From: Alphaproteobacteria bacterium UBA2784
GTDB lineage: Bacteria > Pseudomonadota > Alphaproteobacteria > Micropepsales > Micropepsaceae
DNA: 64,000 bases
Direction: 5' to 3'
Assembly: GCA_002352285.1 (NCBI GenBank)
Contig: DEIC01000011.1
Coordinates: forward strand, 480 to 64,479
The translations under genes and the position numbers were made by a program. Shown piece after piece: positions 52,716-63,171 of the stretch (position 1 is the first letter of the stretch; every line of letters begins with the position of its first letter). The notes below the pieces were generated by a model. The model was given only the letters and a program-made list of their open reading frames with translations, was not told the origin of the DNA and did no database searches.

Positions 52716-53249
52716 GTGCGACAGATGAAAATGATCCGCTTGGGCGCGCTTGGCGTTGCGCTGCTTGCGCTGCCTGCCTGCCAGACCGTGAATGATGCGA
52801 TCGGCCTTTCCAAGCAGTCGCCCGACGAATTCGAAGTCGTCCGCCAGCGCCCGCTGACCATTCCGCCGGATTTCGATCTGCGTCCGCCAGAGCCGGGCGC
52901 ACCCTCGCTGACCGATGAAGTGCCGATGGAAACGGCGCGTGACGCGCTGATCGGCGAGGCAGGAACAGCGGCAACGCCTTCGGGCGGTCCCTCGGCAGCC
53001 GAGCAGGCCGTTCTGGCTGGTTCGGGCGAGGGCAATCCCAATATCCGCACCGAGATCGAAACCGAGCGCCGCGAGCGCGTGCGTGAGGAGCGTGAAGAGG
53101 GCTGGTTCTCGCGCTGGTTCAACTGGTTTGGCGACGACGAAACGCCTGATCCGGTTGCGGCGCCAGACGAGACGGCAACAACCTCATCCGAAGGCGACCA
53201 GCAGCCCGCGGAGCCGCCCGTCGTTGAACAGCCGCAGGGCGGCAATTGA
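52716..53249 (+). CDS. DUF3035 domain-containing lipoprotein (start GTG 52716 or ATG 52725)
   Basis: Lipobox LALPAC, SPDEFEVVRQRPLTIPPDFDLRPP block. Conserved position after lspA. Confidence 0.7.
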   Translation: MRQMKMIRLGALGVALLALPACQTVNDAIGLSKQSPDEFEVVRQRPLTIPPDFDLRPPEPGAPSLTDEVPMETARDALIGEAGTAATPSGGPSAAEQAVLAGSGEGNPNIRTEIETERRERVREEREEGWFSRWFNWFGDDETPDPVAAPDETATTSSEGDQQPAEPPVVEQPQGGN

Positions 53250-53340
53250 TATCACCCGATTGTGTGGCGGCCATATCCGGCATCAGGGCTAGGATGTGGC
53301 CGCCATGATTTTTTGCGACTGTTTCAGGCCGGGGCCATTT

Positions 53341-54675
53341 ATGAGATCACGCATCTTTCAGGCGGCACTGGCGGCCGCAGCGTTCTTTCTTGCGCCTGTT
53401 ATGGCGCGGGCAGATTTTGCAGCCGAGACATTCACGCTTGATAATGGCATGCAGGTTGTGGTGCTGCCCGACCATCGCGCGCCCGTCGTGACGCACATGG
53501 TCTGGTATCGTACAGGCTCGATTGACGAGCCGGCCGGCACATCGGGCATTGCCCATTTCCTTGAGCATCTGATGTTCAAGGGCACCGATGAGATTCCGCC
53601 CGGCGAATTTTCGAAAATCGTGGCGCGCAATGGCGGCCAGGACAACGCCTTCACCTCGTTCGATTACACCGCCTATTTCCAGCGCGTCGCGCGTGACCGG
53701 CTTGAGCTGGTCATGAAGATGGAAGCCGACCGCATGGAGAATCTGGTGCTTGCCGACGAGCAGGTATTGCCAGAGCGCGATGTCATCCTCGAAGAACGCT
53801 CATCGCGCATCGACAACAATCCCGGCTCCCTCCTGTGGGAGCAGATGATGGCCGCCCTTTACCTCAACCATCCCTATGGCCGCTCGATCATTGGGTGGCG
53901 CCACGAGATGGCAACGCTGGACCGCGAAGATGCGCTGGCCTTCTATGCGCGCTTTTATGCGCCGAACAATGCGATCCTGATTGTGGCGGGGGACATCACG
54001 CTGGAGGAGCTTCGCCCTCTGGCTGAGAAATACTATGGCCGGATTGATGCGCGCGAACTTCCGCCGCGCCTGATGCTGGCTGATCCGCCCGCGCTTCTCG
54101 CGCGCCGTCTCACGCTCACCGATCCGCGCGCACAGCAGCCGAGCTTTACCCGCCTCTACGTTGCGCCGAGCTATGTGACTGCATCGGGCAATGACGCCTA
54201 TGCCCTGGAAGTTCTCGGCCAGATTCTCGGCGGTGCATCAGGGCGGATGAACCGCATTCTGGTGGAGGAGCAGGGCATCGCCGCATCTGCGTCCGCCTGG
54301 TACTCGGGCGATGGCCTCTATGACCGCACCATCGGCTTCAGCATTGATCCGCGGCCTGAATCGTCGCTGGAGGCAGGCGAGGCTGCCCTTGACGCCCTGA
54401 TCGCCGATTTTCTGGCGAACGGCCCCACCGAGGAAGAAGTGACGCGCGCCAAGACCGTCATCATGGCCGATGCCATCTTCGCCAAAGACAGCCAGCAGAA
54501 CCTTGCGCGCCTGTATGGCGTGGCCCTGACCACCGGCCGCACCATCGAGGACGTCGAGGCCTGGCCGCAACGTATTGGCGCGGTCACGCTGGATGACGTG
54601 CGCCGCGTCGCCTCTGCCTACCTTGTGCCTGCCCGCTCGGTCACGGGCTACCTTGTTCCGGGAGCCGTCCAATGA
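53341..54675 (+). CDS. M16 family zinc metallopeptidase (active subunit)
   Basis: HFLEH zinc motif, signal peptide. Confidence 0.88.
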   Translation: MRSRIFQAALAAAAFFLAPVMARADFAAETFTLDNGMQVVVLPDHRAPVVTHMVWYRTGSIDEPAGTSGIAHFLEHLMFKGTDEIPPGEFSKIVARNGGQDNAFTSFDYTAYFQRVARDRLELVMKMEADRMENLVLADEQVLPERDVILEERSSRIDNNPGSLLWEQMMAALYLNHPYGRSIIGWRHEMATLDREDALAFYARFYAPNNAILIVAGDITLEELRPLAEKYYGRIDARELPPRLMLADPPALLARRLTLTDPRAQQPSFTRLYVAPSYVTASGNDAYALEVLGQILGGASGRMNRILVEEQGIAASASAWYSGDGLYDRTIGFSIDPRPESSLEAGEAALDALIADFLANGPTEEEVTRAKTVIMADAIFAKDSQQNLARLYGVALTTGRTIEDVEAWPQRIGAVTLDDVRRVASAYLVPARSVTGYLVPGAVQ

Positions 54676-55979
54676 TCCGCGCCACATTCGTAGCGATTGC
54701 ACTCACGCTGGGCCTCGCCCATGGCGCCGAGGCCATGGAGATCAAGGAAGTCACCTCGCCCGGCGGCATCAAAGCCTGGCTGGTCGAGGAGCACGGCCTG
54801 CCGCTGCTTTCCGTCTCGGCGGCTTTTCGTGATGCCGGATCGGCCACCAATCCGCAGGGCCGCGAGGGTCTTGCCATCATGCTGGGCGGCCTGATGAACG
54901 AAGGGGCAGGCGACATGGACGCCGCTGCCTTCAAGCGCGCGCTGGAAAGCCATGCCATTTCATTCGGCACCAGCGCCGATACGGATGCGTTCTACCTCGC
55001 CTTCTCGGCCTTGAGTGAACACAAGGACGAGGCGTTCCGGCTGGCGGCATTGGCGCTGTCGTCGCCGCGCTTTGACGGTGATGCTGTCGAACGCGTGCGG
55101 AGCCAGATGCTGGTAGCCCAGAAGCAGATCGAAGAAGATCCGGAAAGCACTGCAGGCGTTCTCTTCAATGAACTTGCCTTCCCCGGCCATCCCTATGGCC
55201 GCCGCGAATATGGTTCTGTGGAGTCCGTGTCAGCGATCACCCGTGATGATCTGACGGGCTTCATCGCCGCGCGCTTTGCCCGCGACAATCTTTTCATCAC
55301 CGTGGTGGGCGATATCACGGCCGAAGAACTGGGCGCGCGGCTTGACCAGCTGTTTGGCGGCTTGCCTGCCAACGCCACGCCGCACGGCCTCAGCGATGTG
55401 ACCATGGCGCAGATGGCGCCGATGACGGTCATCCAGCGCGACATTCCACAGAGCGTCGTCATGTTCGGCGCGCCGGGCCTGCGCATCAAGGATGCGGATT
55501 TCATGGCCGCCAACGTCATGAACTATGTTCTGGGCGGCGGCTCCTTTGCCTCGCGCCTGATGACCGAGGTGCGCGAGAAGCGTGGCCTTGCCTATGGCGT
55601 TTCGACGTTCCTGTTGCCCAACAACTTTACCGGGCTCATCATGGGTCAGGTGGCGACCGACAATGCGCGCGTGGCGGAATCGATTTCTGTCATCAAGGCG
55701 GAACTTGAGCGCATGCGCAATGAAGGCGTCACGGATGAAGAGCTGACCAATGCCAAAGCTTACCTCACCGGCTCCTTTGCCCTGCGTTTTGACTCGAACG
55801 CGCGCATCGCCAGCCAGCTGCTCGGCTATCAGCTTGACGAGCTGGGCATAGACTATGTCGTGCGCCGCAATCAGCTGATTGAAGCCGTGACGCGTGAGGA
55901 TATCGCGCGCGTTGCCGCCTATCTGCTCGATTCGGGCAAGTTCGGCTTTGTGGTGGTCGGCGCGCCGCAGGGGCTCTAA
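54672..55979 (+). CDS. M16 family peptidase (non-catalytic partner, no HxxEH)
   Basis: M16 fold pattern without the zinc motif. Overlaps the upstream stop by 4 nt. Confidence 0.82.
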   Translation: MIRATFVAIALTLGLAHGAEAMEIKEVTSPGGIKAWLVEEHGLPLLSVSAAFRDAGSATNPQGREGLAIMLGGLMNEGAGDMDAAAFKRALESHAISFGTSADTDAFYLAFSALSEHKDEAFRLAALALSSPRFDGDAVERVRSQMLVAQKQIEEDPESTAGVLFNELAFPGHPYGRREYGSVESVSAITRDDLTGFIAARFARDNLFITVVGDITAEELGARLDQLFGGLPANATPHGLSDVTMAQMAPMTVIQRDIPQSVVMFGAPGLRIKDADFMAANVMNYVLGGGSFASRLMTEVREKRGLAYGVSTFLLPNNFTGLIMGQVATDNARVAESISVIKAELERMRNEGVTDEELTNAKAYLTGSFALRFDSNARIASQLLGYQLDELGIDYVVRRNQLIEAVTREDIARVAAYLLDSGKFGFVVVGAPQGL

Positions 55980-56057
55980 GGGCTGGGCATCGGGGCCTGT
56001 AACCAAGGCTGATCGCAGCGGTTGACTTTGCGTGACCCGGCCCCGGATAAGGGGGCC

Positions 56058-57356
56058 ATGACGGGCCATTTGCATCAGGACATGACGCATGCCTTTGCCG
56101 GGCCGGATGGCGCTGCCATCCGTGCGCGTCATGGCGCGATGATGGCGCGCGCCACAGAGGCCGCGCGCCACCTTGCGGGTGATGCGGACCATGGTCTTGC
56201 CGCCATCGTGGCCTCTGCCCGCCGCAGGGATGATTTGGCGCCCGCGCGCGAAGCCGTTGCCCGTCTGGCAAATGGCGCAGATGCGGTCTGCCTTTTCGGC
56301 GTCGGCGGCTCCAGCCTGGGCGCGCAGGCGATTGCGCAATTTGCCGGATGGCGCACGCCCGGCACCGATGGCCGCATCAACGGTCTGGCGTTTCATGCCT
56401 TCGACAATCTCGATGCCCAGTCGCTGAAACGTGCGCTCGAAACACTTGATCTGAAACGCACCAGGTTCCTCGTCGTATCGAAATCCGGCGGCACGGCCGA
56501 AACGCTGTTGCAAAGCCTCGCGGCGTCTCACGCGCTGAAGAAGGCAGGGCTTGATCCTGCCCGCCACATGCTGGCGATCACCGAGACCACAGACAATCCG
56601 CTGCGCCGTCTCGCAACCGCGCTCGGCGCGCCCATCCTTGAACATGATGCCGGTGTCGGCGGCCGCTTTGCCGTGCTGACTTTGGTTGGCATGGCGCCCG
56701 CCATGCTGTTCGGGCTCGATCCGGAAAAATTGCGCGCAGGGGCGATGGCAGAGTGGGGGCTGTTTGAGAATGTGAGCGCCACATCGTCCGCCATCGTCGC
56801 CGCCGCCCACGCCGCTGCCGCGATGGAAAGCGGCGCAGTCCACGAATTCCTGATGTGGCCTTACGGCGACCGCTACGAGCGCCTTGCCCACTGGTGGCGC
56901 CAATTATTTGCCGAAAGCATTGGCAAGGGCGGCAAGGGCGCAGCGGCCTCGTGTGCGCTCGGCCCGGTCGATCAGCACAGCCAGCTGCAGCTTTATCTTG
57001 ATGGCCCGCCCGGCCGTTTCATCACGCTGATTGATGGTTGCAGCAAGGGCGCACTCGCGCTGGATGAGGCGCTCGCCGTCAAGGCCGGCATCTCTCTCCA
57101 GAAGGGCGAGGGGCCCGAACGTCTGGTGGCAGCCCAGTTCCGCGCCACCGCAGAAACACTGGCGCGGCGCGGGCGGCCTGTGCGCATCCTGAAGCCCGGA
57201 GCGCACAATGAAGAGGCCCTGGGCGCGCTTTTCATGCACTTCATGCTTGAAGTCATCCTCACGTGCAGCCTTGCCTCGGTTGATCCTTTCGGCCAGCCTG
57301 CGGTGGAAGTGGGCAAAGCTTTGACCAGAGAATATCTTCGGCTGGGAAATAGATGA
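56058..57356 (+). CDS. pgi: glucose-6-phosphate isomerase (short SIS-type)
   Basis: [14 protein letters not shown] block, GGRFAVL block. ATG 56058 is preceded by AAGGGGG. Confidence 0.7.
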   Translation: MTGHLHQDMTHAFAGPDGAAIRARHGAMMARATEAARHLAGDADHGLAAIVASARRRDDLAPAREAVARLANGADAVCLFGVGGSSLGAQAIAQFAGWRTPGTDGRINGLAFHAFDNLDAQSLKRALETLDLKRTRFLVVSKSGGTAETLLQSLAASHALKKAGLDPARHMLAITETTDNPLRRLATALGAPILEHDAGVGGRFAVLTLVGMAPAMLFGLDPEKLRAGAMAEWGLFENVSATSSAIVAAAHAAAAMESGAVHEFLMWPYGDRYERLAHWWRQLFAESIGKGGKGAAASCALGPVDQHSQLQLYLDGPPGRFITLIDGCSKGALALDEALAVKAGISLQKGEGPERLVAAQFRATAETLARRGRPVRILKPGAHNEEALGALFMHFMLEVILTCSLASVDPFGQPAVEVGKALTREYLRLGNR

Positions 57357-59194
57357 AAATCCGGCGCTTGAGCGAGGGCACCGTCAACCGCATCGCCGCA
57401 GGCGAGGTGGTGGAACGGCCCGCCAGCGCCGTGAAGGAGCTTGTCGAAAACGCACTCGACGCAGGCGCGCACCGCATCACCATTGCGCTCGAGGGCGGGG
57501 GCCTCTCTGCCATTACCATCACCGATGATGGCAGCGGCATGGATGCTGACGAGCTTGTGCTTGCCATCGAACGTCACGCCACCTCGAAAATGCCGGTGGG
57601 CGACGCTGGCGATGATCTGATGGCGATTGCCACAATGGGTTTTCGTGGCGAGGCGCTTCCCTCCATCGGCGCCGTCGCCCGCCTCACCATCACCAGCCGC
57701 ATCAAGGGCGCTGACACGGCCAACCGCATCATGGTGGATGGCGGCAACGTCTCGCCCGTCCAGCCGGCTGCTTTTGGCCACAAGGAGGCGTCCGGCACTC
57801 GCATTGATGTGCGTGATCTCTTTTACGCTACACCCGCGCGCCTCAAATTCCTGAAATCGCTGCGGGCGGAATCGATGGCGGTTGCCGATGTGGTGCGCAG
57901 GCTCGCCATGGCGCGGCCCGATGTGGCCTTCCAGCTGAATGATGACGGGCGCGAAGTCTTGAGCCTTGCCGCCGAAGCGGATGATGACGTTGGCCGTCTG
58001 GCGCGGCTCTCGGCCATCATGGGCAGCGGCTTTCGCGAGAATGCGATGCCGGTTGTCGCCGCGCGCGAGGGCGTCTCGGTGACGGGTTTTGCGGGCCTGC
58101 CGACATTCAATCGCGGCAACGCCCAGATGCAGTATCTCTTCGTCAATGGCAGGCCGGTGCGCGACAAGCTGATTGTCGGCGCGGTGCGTGGCGCCTATGC
58201 CGATGTGCTGGCGCGCGACCGCCACCCGTGCCTTGCGCTGTTTGTCGATCTGCCCGCGCGCGATGTCGATGTGAATGTGCATCCGGCAAAGACCGAGGTG
58301 CGCTTCCGCGATGCAGGCCTGGTGCGCGGCCTGATTGTCAGCGGTCTGAAAACGGCGATAGCGCGCGCAGGGTTCAAAGCGTCAACCCATGTGAGTGAGG
58401 CAGCGCTGAAGGCACTGGCCCGCGAAAATTCGGCGATGCCAGCCCAGCCAAGCCTTGCCGAAGCGCTGGCAGCGCCCGCCAGCACCTTTGTCAATGCGCC
58501 GATTGCAGCCTCGCCGATTGCAGCCTCCATGGCGCGCGAGATGATCGCCGCAGGATTTGCACCCGCCGCCCGCATGGCTGATCCTGTGGCCGCCCCCGTT
58601 CAGGCCGAGGCGGGATTTCCGCTGGGCGTAGCGCGCGGCCAGATCCACAACACCTATATCGTGGCCGAGACGCGCGACGGGCTTGTCATCGTCGATCAGC
58701 ATGCCGCGCACGAGCGCCTGACGCATGAGCGTCTGAAACGCATGGTGCTTTCCGGCCGCGTCGAACGGCAGATCTTGCTCGTGCCGGAAATTGTCGCGCT
58801 TGACGCCGAAGACGCCGAGCGGCTTGCGGCGCGCGCTTCTGATTTGGCGGAGCTGGGCCTTGTGATCGAGCCCTTTGGCGGCAACGCGCTGGCCGTGCGC
58901 GAGGTGCCCTCGCTCCTGGGCAAAACGGATGTGGCAGGCCTGCTTGCCGATCTTGCCGCCGAAATTGCCGAGCTTGACGAAGCGCTCTCCTTGCGTGAGC
59001 GCCTCGATCAGGTTTGCGGAACCATGGCCTGCCATGGCAGCGTCAGGGCGGGGCGCGTGCTGCGCACCGAAGAGATGAATGCACTGTTGCGCGAAATGGA
59101 AGAAACGCCCGGCAGTGGCCAGTGCAATCACGGGCGGCCCACTTACATCCGCCTCAGCCTGAATGACATTGAGCGGCTGTTTGGCCGTAAATAG
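57353..59194 (+). CDS. mutL: DNA mismatch repair endonuclease MutL
   Basis: [25 protein letters not shown]; C-terminal CNHGRPT. Confidence 0.97.
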   Translation: MKIRRLSEGTVNRIAAGEVVERPASAVKELVENALDAGAHRITIALEGGGLSAITITDDGSGMDADELVLAIERHATSKMPVGDAGDDLMAIATMGFRGEALPSIGAVARLTITSRIKGADTANRIMVDGGNVSPVQPAAFGHKEASGTRIDVRDLFYATPARLKFLKSLRAESMAVADVVRRLAMARPDVAFQLNDDGREVLSLAAEADDDVGRLARLSAIMGSGFRENAMPVVAAREGVSVTGFAGLPTFNRGNAQMQYLFVNGRPVRDKLIVGAVRGAYADVLARDRHPCLALFVDLPARDVDVNVHPAKTEVRFRDAGLVRGLIVSGLKTAIARAGFKASTHVSEAALKALARENSAMPAQPSLAEALAAPASTFVNAPIAASPIAASMAREMIAAGFAPAARMADPVAAPVQAEAGFPLGVARGQIHNTYIVAETRDGLVIVDQHAAHERLTHERLKRMVLSGRVERQILLVPEIVALDAEDAERLAARASDLAELGLVIEPFGGNALAVREVPSLLGKTDVAGLLADLAAEIAELDEALSLRERLDQVCGTMACHGSVRAGRVLRTEEMNALLREMEETPGSGQCNHGRPTYIRLSLNDIERLFGRK

Positions 59195-59203
59195 GCGTAT
59201 CCT

Positions 59204-59653
59204 ATGCGTTGTGTGCGTACAGTTGTTGTCGATGGGCCGCCCGAAAATGTCTGGGCGCTTCTTCAGGCACCCGAAACACACGTCGCGATGGCGCGTCCCT
59301 TCCTCAGCCTCTCGCCCGGCGATGGCCACAATCGTTTTGCCGAATTGCTGCATGACGGGCCGACATCATTCCGCCTGAGACTCTTTGGCGTTTTGCCGCT
59401 CGGCACGCGCGTCTGGCATGTGGCGCGGCCCATCAACCAGCCCGGCAGCCGGTTTTATGCGCTGGAGATTTCAGCAACCTCGCGCGGCTTGTTGCAGCGC
59501 CGCGTGCTCGCACTGTCACTGCACCCATCCGGCCGCACGCAGATTGAGGAGCGGCTGCAGCTGAGTGGCTGGCGCGCCGGGGTGCTCGCACCATTTTCGC
59601 GTATCGCCCAACGCGCGCGCCTGCGGCGACTGGCGAGAGTGGTGGTGGGATAG
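59204..59653 (+). CDS. SRPBCC-like hypothetical protein
   Basis: 149 aa; weak resemblance to polyketide cyclase/dehydrase-like folds. Position only. Confidence 0.45.
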   Translation: MRCVRTVVVDGPPENVWALLQAPETHVAMARPFLSLSPGDGHNRFAELLHDGPTSFRLRLFGVLPLGTRVWHVARPINQPGSRFYALEISATSRGLLQRRVLALSLHPSGRTQIEERLQLSGWRAGVLAPFSRIAQRARLRRLARVVVG

Positions 59654-59667
59654 ACTAATCTTGCTTC

Positions 59668-59803
59668 CACCTCCTCCGCCTTCGCGGGGGAGGTCGGAAC
59701 GCACTTGCGATCCGGGTGGGGGCTTTGGCTCCAGGCCGGTCCCCCACCCGCGATGCAAGCGCATCGCTGGCCTCCCCCACGCGAAGCCGCGTGGGCGGAG
59801 GCG
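59668..59803 (-). repeat. five-hairpin intergenic repeat, subfamily 2 (inverted orientation)
   Basis: Fills the gap between convergent genes, 14 nt from each stop codon. Confidence 0.85.
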
Positions 59804-59817
59804 ACAGAATGTGCGCC

Positions 59818-60384
59818 TCACCCCAGCCTCAAGAACACCGCCTTCGTCTCACCCCAGCTGCGTTCATCGGCGATGACAAAACCATCCGCGCCTGAAAACA
59901 CTTCATCGGCGGCCATCTCGCAGACGATCACCGCGTGCGGCAAAAGCCAGCCGCCCTCGCGCAGGCTGGCAAGGGCGGGCAACAGCAATCCTTTGCGATA
60001 GGGCGGATCAAGAAAGGCAAGGTCAAACGCGCCGCCCGCATTGCCGGGAATGGGGCCAAGCGCCGTCGCATCGCGCCGCCAGATTTTCGTAACACCCGTC
60101 GCCATCAGCGCATCGACATTGCGGCGGATGATGGCGCGGCTTTCGGCGCTGTCATCAACCAGCAGCGCAAAGCGTGCCCCGCGCGACAGCGCCTCCAGCG
60201 CCAGCGCCCCCGTGCCCGCAAAGAGGTCGATCACACGCGCGCCATCAAGGGCAAAGGCGCCAAAGTCGTGATGGGCAAGAATGTTGAAAAGCGCCTCGCG
60301 CACCCGATCCGACGTCGGGCGTACGCGCATATCGTCTGGACCTTCCAGCGCGCGCCCGCGCCATTGCCCGCCGACAATGCGCAT
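59818..60384 (-). CDS. rsmD: 16S rRNA (guanine966-N2)-methyltransferase
   Basis: MRIVGGQWRGR, DLFAGTGALALEALSRGA, FLDPPY. Confidence 0.9.
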   Translation of the reverse strand: MRIVGGQWRGRALEGPDDMRVRPTSDRVREALFNILAHHDFGAFALDGARVIDLFAGTGALALEALSRGARFALLVDDSAESRAIIRRNVDALMATGVTKIWRRDATALGPIPGNAGGAFDLAFLDPPYRKGLLLPALASLREGGWLLPHAVIVCEMAADEVFSGADGFVIADERSWGETKAVFLRLG

Positions 60385-60387
60385 TGC

Positions 60388-61218
60388 CTACTCCGTCTTG
60401 GTCTTTGGCGCGGACTTGGCGACGGGTTTGCCCAGCCCCAATTGCTCGCGCAGCACCTTGCCGGGAACTTCCTCCACCGCACCAGGCTCCAGTTGACCCA
60501 GCTGGAACGGCCCGTAAGACACGCGGATCAGGCGCGCCACGCGAAAGCCAAGCCACTCCATCAGCCGCTTGATCTCGCGGTTCTTGCCCTCGCGCAGCGA
60601 GATCATCGCCCACGCATAGGAACCCTTGGACCGCTCCAGCTGCGCCTGCACGGGGCCAAAGGAAACGCCGTCGATGGTCACGCCTTTGGCGAGCCTGTCG
60701 AGATCAGCCTGCGTGACATTGCCGAACAGCCGCACGCGATAGCGCCGTGTCCACTGCGTCGAGGGAAGCTCCAGCCGCCGCGACAGCGAGCCGTCATTGG
60801 TGAGAAGCAAAAGCCCTTCGGAATTGAAGTCGAGCCGCCCCACCGACACCACACGCCCCATGCCCGAAGGCAGATTGGCAAAGACGGTTGGCCGCCCCTC
60901 GGGATCCTTGTGGGTGGTCACAAGGCCGGGCGGCTTGTGATAACGCCACAGCCGCGTGGCCTCGGGCTTGGCGACGGCGGCGCCGTCAACCGTAATGAGG
61001 TCGGAAGGTGAAACCTTGCGCGCCGGCGTGTTGACGATTTCGCCATTCACCTTGACGCGGCCTTCGGCCACCAGCTTCTCGCCGTCGCGCCGCGAACACA
61101 CGCCCACGCGCGCCAGCACCTTGGCGATGCGCTCGCCGCCATCACCCTCCGGCGCCGCCTGAGCCGCAGCCGAAGTCGGCGACCAGCTCGCGCCCTTCTG
61201 ATTCTTTGCGTTTGCCAT
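60388..61218 (-). CDS. rluB: pseudouridine synthase, RsuA/RluB family
   Basis: S4 domain (RIAKVLARVGVCSRRDGEKLV) and catalytic block GRLDFNSEGLLLLTNDG. Confidence 0.88.
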   Translation of the reverse strand: MANAKNQKGASWSPTSAAAQAAPEGDGGERIAKVLARVGVCSRRDGEKLVAEGRVKVNGEIVNTPARKVSPSDLITVDGAAVAKPEATRLWRYHKPPGLVTTHKDPEGRPTVFANLPSGMGRVVSVGRLDFNSEGLLLLTNDGSLSRRLELPSTQWTRRYRVRLFGNVTQADLDRLAKGVTIDGVSFGPVQAQLERSKGSYAWAMISLREGKNREIKRLMEWLGFRVARLIRVSYGPFQLGQLEPGAVEEVPGKVLREQLGLGKPVAKSAPKTKTE

Positions 61219-61330
61219 CGCCCGTTCCTATCAGGCCGAGGGCCTTGCTGGCGAGAGGCTGATGCAATCGGTCGTCAGGCGCAGGGCGGGTCTGCGGCGC
61301 ACGCATGCGCACGCCGCAGCCAGATGCACG

Positions 61331-61885
61331 TCAGCCCGGAAAGGTCTGCACCCCGACCAGAACAAAGCCTCCCTCATAAAGCGCAAGGCACGCAGAACTT
61401 TCCATACCCTGGATGTAGCAGATCATCGGCGCCTTCGCGGCGCGCAGCTGCTCGTAATAGGCCTGATCGACAGCCATGTCGGGATAAAAGGCAAAGTCGC
61501 CAGCCTCTGGCGTCTCGGCGCCGGCCTTCCACTCGGGCAAAGAGCCTGTGTGCATAACGCCATCCGGACCGGCATCCTGCATCGCCCACTGGAAAAGCGC
61601 GCCTTCCATGTCCGCCTTCGTGGGCTGGCCGGCGAGCACCATGATCTGATTTGCCTGGTAGATGTCGTAGTAAAGCGGCGCGCCATCCGCACCGCGCACC
61701 ACATAGGCAGCCACAGCCTGATCGCAGGTCGCGCCATCGCTCAGCGCTTCGATGGTATAGGTCTGGCCATTGCCCGGCTCCCACGCGCTTGAGGCGCGTG
61801 CATTGCAGTCATCCGCATGGGCAGGCATGGCCAAGGCAAGCAGAAATGCACCCGCGGCAGCCAGAGCGGTAAAGATACGTGACAT
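61331..61885 (-). CDS. secreted 4-Cys protein, paralogue family member P2
   Basis: Signal peptide MSRIFTALAAAGAFLLALAMPAHA, GGGGAGAA SD. Full-length similarity to 33401-33955. Confidence 0.65.
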   Translation of the reverse strand: MSRIFTALAAAGAFLLALAMPAHADDCNARASSAWEPGNGQTYTIEALSDGATCDQAVAAYVVRGADGAPLYYDIYQANQIMVLAGQPTKADMEGALFQWAMQDAGPDGVMHTGSLPEWKAGAETPEAGDFAFYPDMAVDQAYYEQLRAAKAPMICYIQGMESSACLALYEGGFVLVGVQTFPG

Positions 61886-62046
61886 GAATGGTTCTCCCCG
61901 AAGGGCGGCCGCATAGCCGGCCGCCTGCAGCGCAAGATTTATGGTCACTGTGGCAATTTCAAGCGTGTTCGTTTCAGATGATTGCATTATTGTCGCCGCT
62001 GTTTGCGGCTCAGAAAATGAACCGCGTTCACATTGGGGAGAGTCTG

Positions 62047-62613
62047 ATGCGTATCCTTGCTGCCGCGTTGCTGCCTGTGATGTTTGCTGTGGTTCCGGTG
62101 CATGCGGCCGAGGCCGATCCTTGCGCTCAGACGCGCAAGGCCGAGGTTGAATTTTCAGTGGCGGGCCAGAAAGACATTGTAACCGTCACGGCGCTGCCAT
62201 CGCCCGTCGCGCCGGGCGGCGACACGATTGCGCCGGATGCGGGCGAGGGGCCTAACTGCGTCCTCTCGACAATTGTGCTCACCATCCACTCGCCTAACGG
62301 TGCGCTGGTAGCCAGCAACGCGACCATGCTGGTGGCGCTCGACTATGATGCGGGTCATCAAATGTCGCCGGTTTCGCCCGACGCACTCACTGCCATTCTC
62401 GACCGCCTGTCGCAGGTGACGGTCTTTGTCTCGTCAGCGGCCCCGCCGTCTGATTCGCCGATGATCTCGATGCCGTTCGGCGCAGAAGATTATGAGCGCA
62501 TGAAGGCGCTGAACGCGCCCGCGCTCTGCTACAACAAGGACACGACGACCCAGACCTGCATCATCAACGAAGTGGGCAGCGTGTCGCCCTTCTTCGAAGT
62601 CACATCGATGTAA
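62047..62613 (+). CDS. secreted 4-Cys protein, distant paralogue P3
   Basis: Signal peptide MRILAAALLPVMFAVVPVHAAEA, GGGGAGAG SD. Same Cys spacing (DPC, NC, LCYNKDTTTQTC) and length as P1/P2. Confidence 0.55.
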   Translation: MRILAAALLPVMFAVVPVHAAEADPCAQTRKAEVEFSVAGQKDIVTVTALPSPVAPGGDTIAPDAGEGPNCVLSTIVLTIHSPNGALVASNATMLVALDYDAGHQMSPVSPDALTAILDRLSQVTVFVSSAAPPSDSPMISMPFGAEDYERMKALNAPALCYNKDTTTQTCIINEVGSVSPFFEVTSM

Positions 62614-62646
62614 GAGACGAACCTGTCGGACAAAGACGCCCGCTTC

Positions 62647-63096
62647 ATGCATCTCGCTCTCGCTGAAGCCCGCAAGGCGGCGGCGCGGGGCGAGGTGCCC
62701 GTGGGTGCGGTGCTCGTCGATGCAGATGGCCATACGCTGGCCGCAGACGGCAACCGCACCATCGAAAATCACGATCCCTCGGCCCACGCCGAGATGCTGG
62801 TGATCCGCGCAGCTTGCGCCAGCATCGGCAACGAGCGCCTGCCCGGCGCCACGCTCTATGTCACGCTGGAACCCTGCGCCATGTGCGCCGGCGCCATCTC
62901 CTTTGCCCGCATTGCGCGCCTTGTCTGGGCGGCCGATGACCCCAAAATGGGCGCTGTGCGCCACGGCCCGCGCTTCTTCGAGCAGAAAACCTGTCACCAC
63001 CGGCCGGAACTGGCCGGAGGCGAGGGGGCAGACGAATCGGCGCAAATGCTCAAGGACTTCTTCCGCGCCCGCCGGGGTGGAGCCGGACAATCTTGA
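62647..63096 (+). CDS. tadA: tRNA adenosine(34) deaminase
   Basis: HAEMLVIR and LEPCAMCAGA zinc-binding motifs. Confidence 0.93.
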   Translation: MHLALAEARKAAARGEVPVGAVLVDADGHTLAADGNRTIENHDPSAHAEMLVIRAACASIGNERLPGATLYVTLEPCAMCAGAISFARIARLVWAADDPKMGAVRHGPRFFEQKTCHHRPELAGGEGADESAQMLKDFFRARRGGAGQS

Positions 63097-63171
63097 CTTA
63101 GGCCGGTGACTCGGCGGCAAAACGCGGTCTAGGATGGCGCATTGACATCGTCAGCAAGGGACCGTTTCGCC

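Noticed and set aside
55230-56903. Very long ORFs antisense to well-supported genes. Examples are 55230-56903 (557 aa), 56993-58282 (429 aa), 50901-52187 (428 aa), 52058-53245 (395 aa), 46593-47678 (361 aa), 59935-61011 (358 aa), 35369-36436 (355 aa) and 18497-19480 (327 aa).
   Set aside because: They lie opposite genes with unmistakable conserved motifs (M16 peptidase, pgi, mutL, ileS, lspA, HAD, rluB, ald, kynU). They are Arg/Ala/Gly/His-rich with no domain pattern. Long stop-free antisense frames are expected in a genome with about 65% GC.
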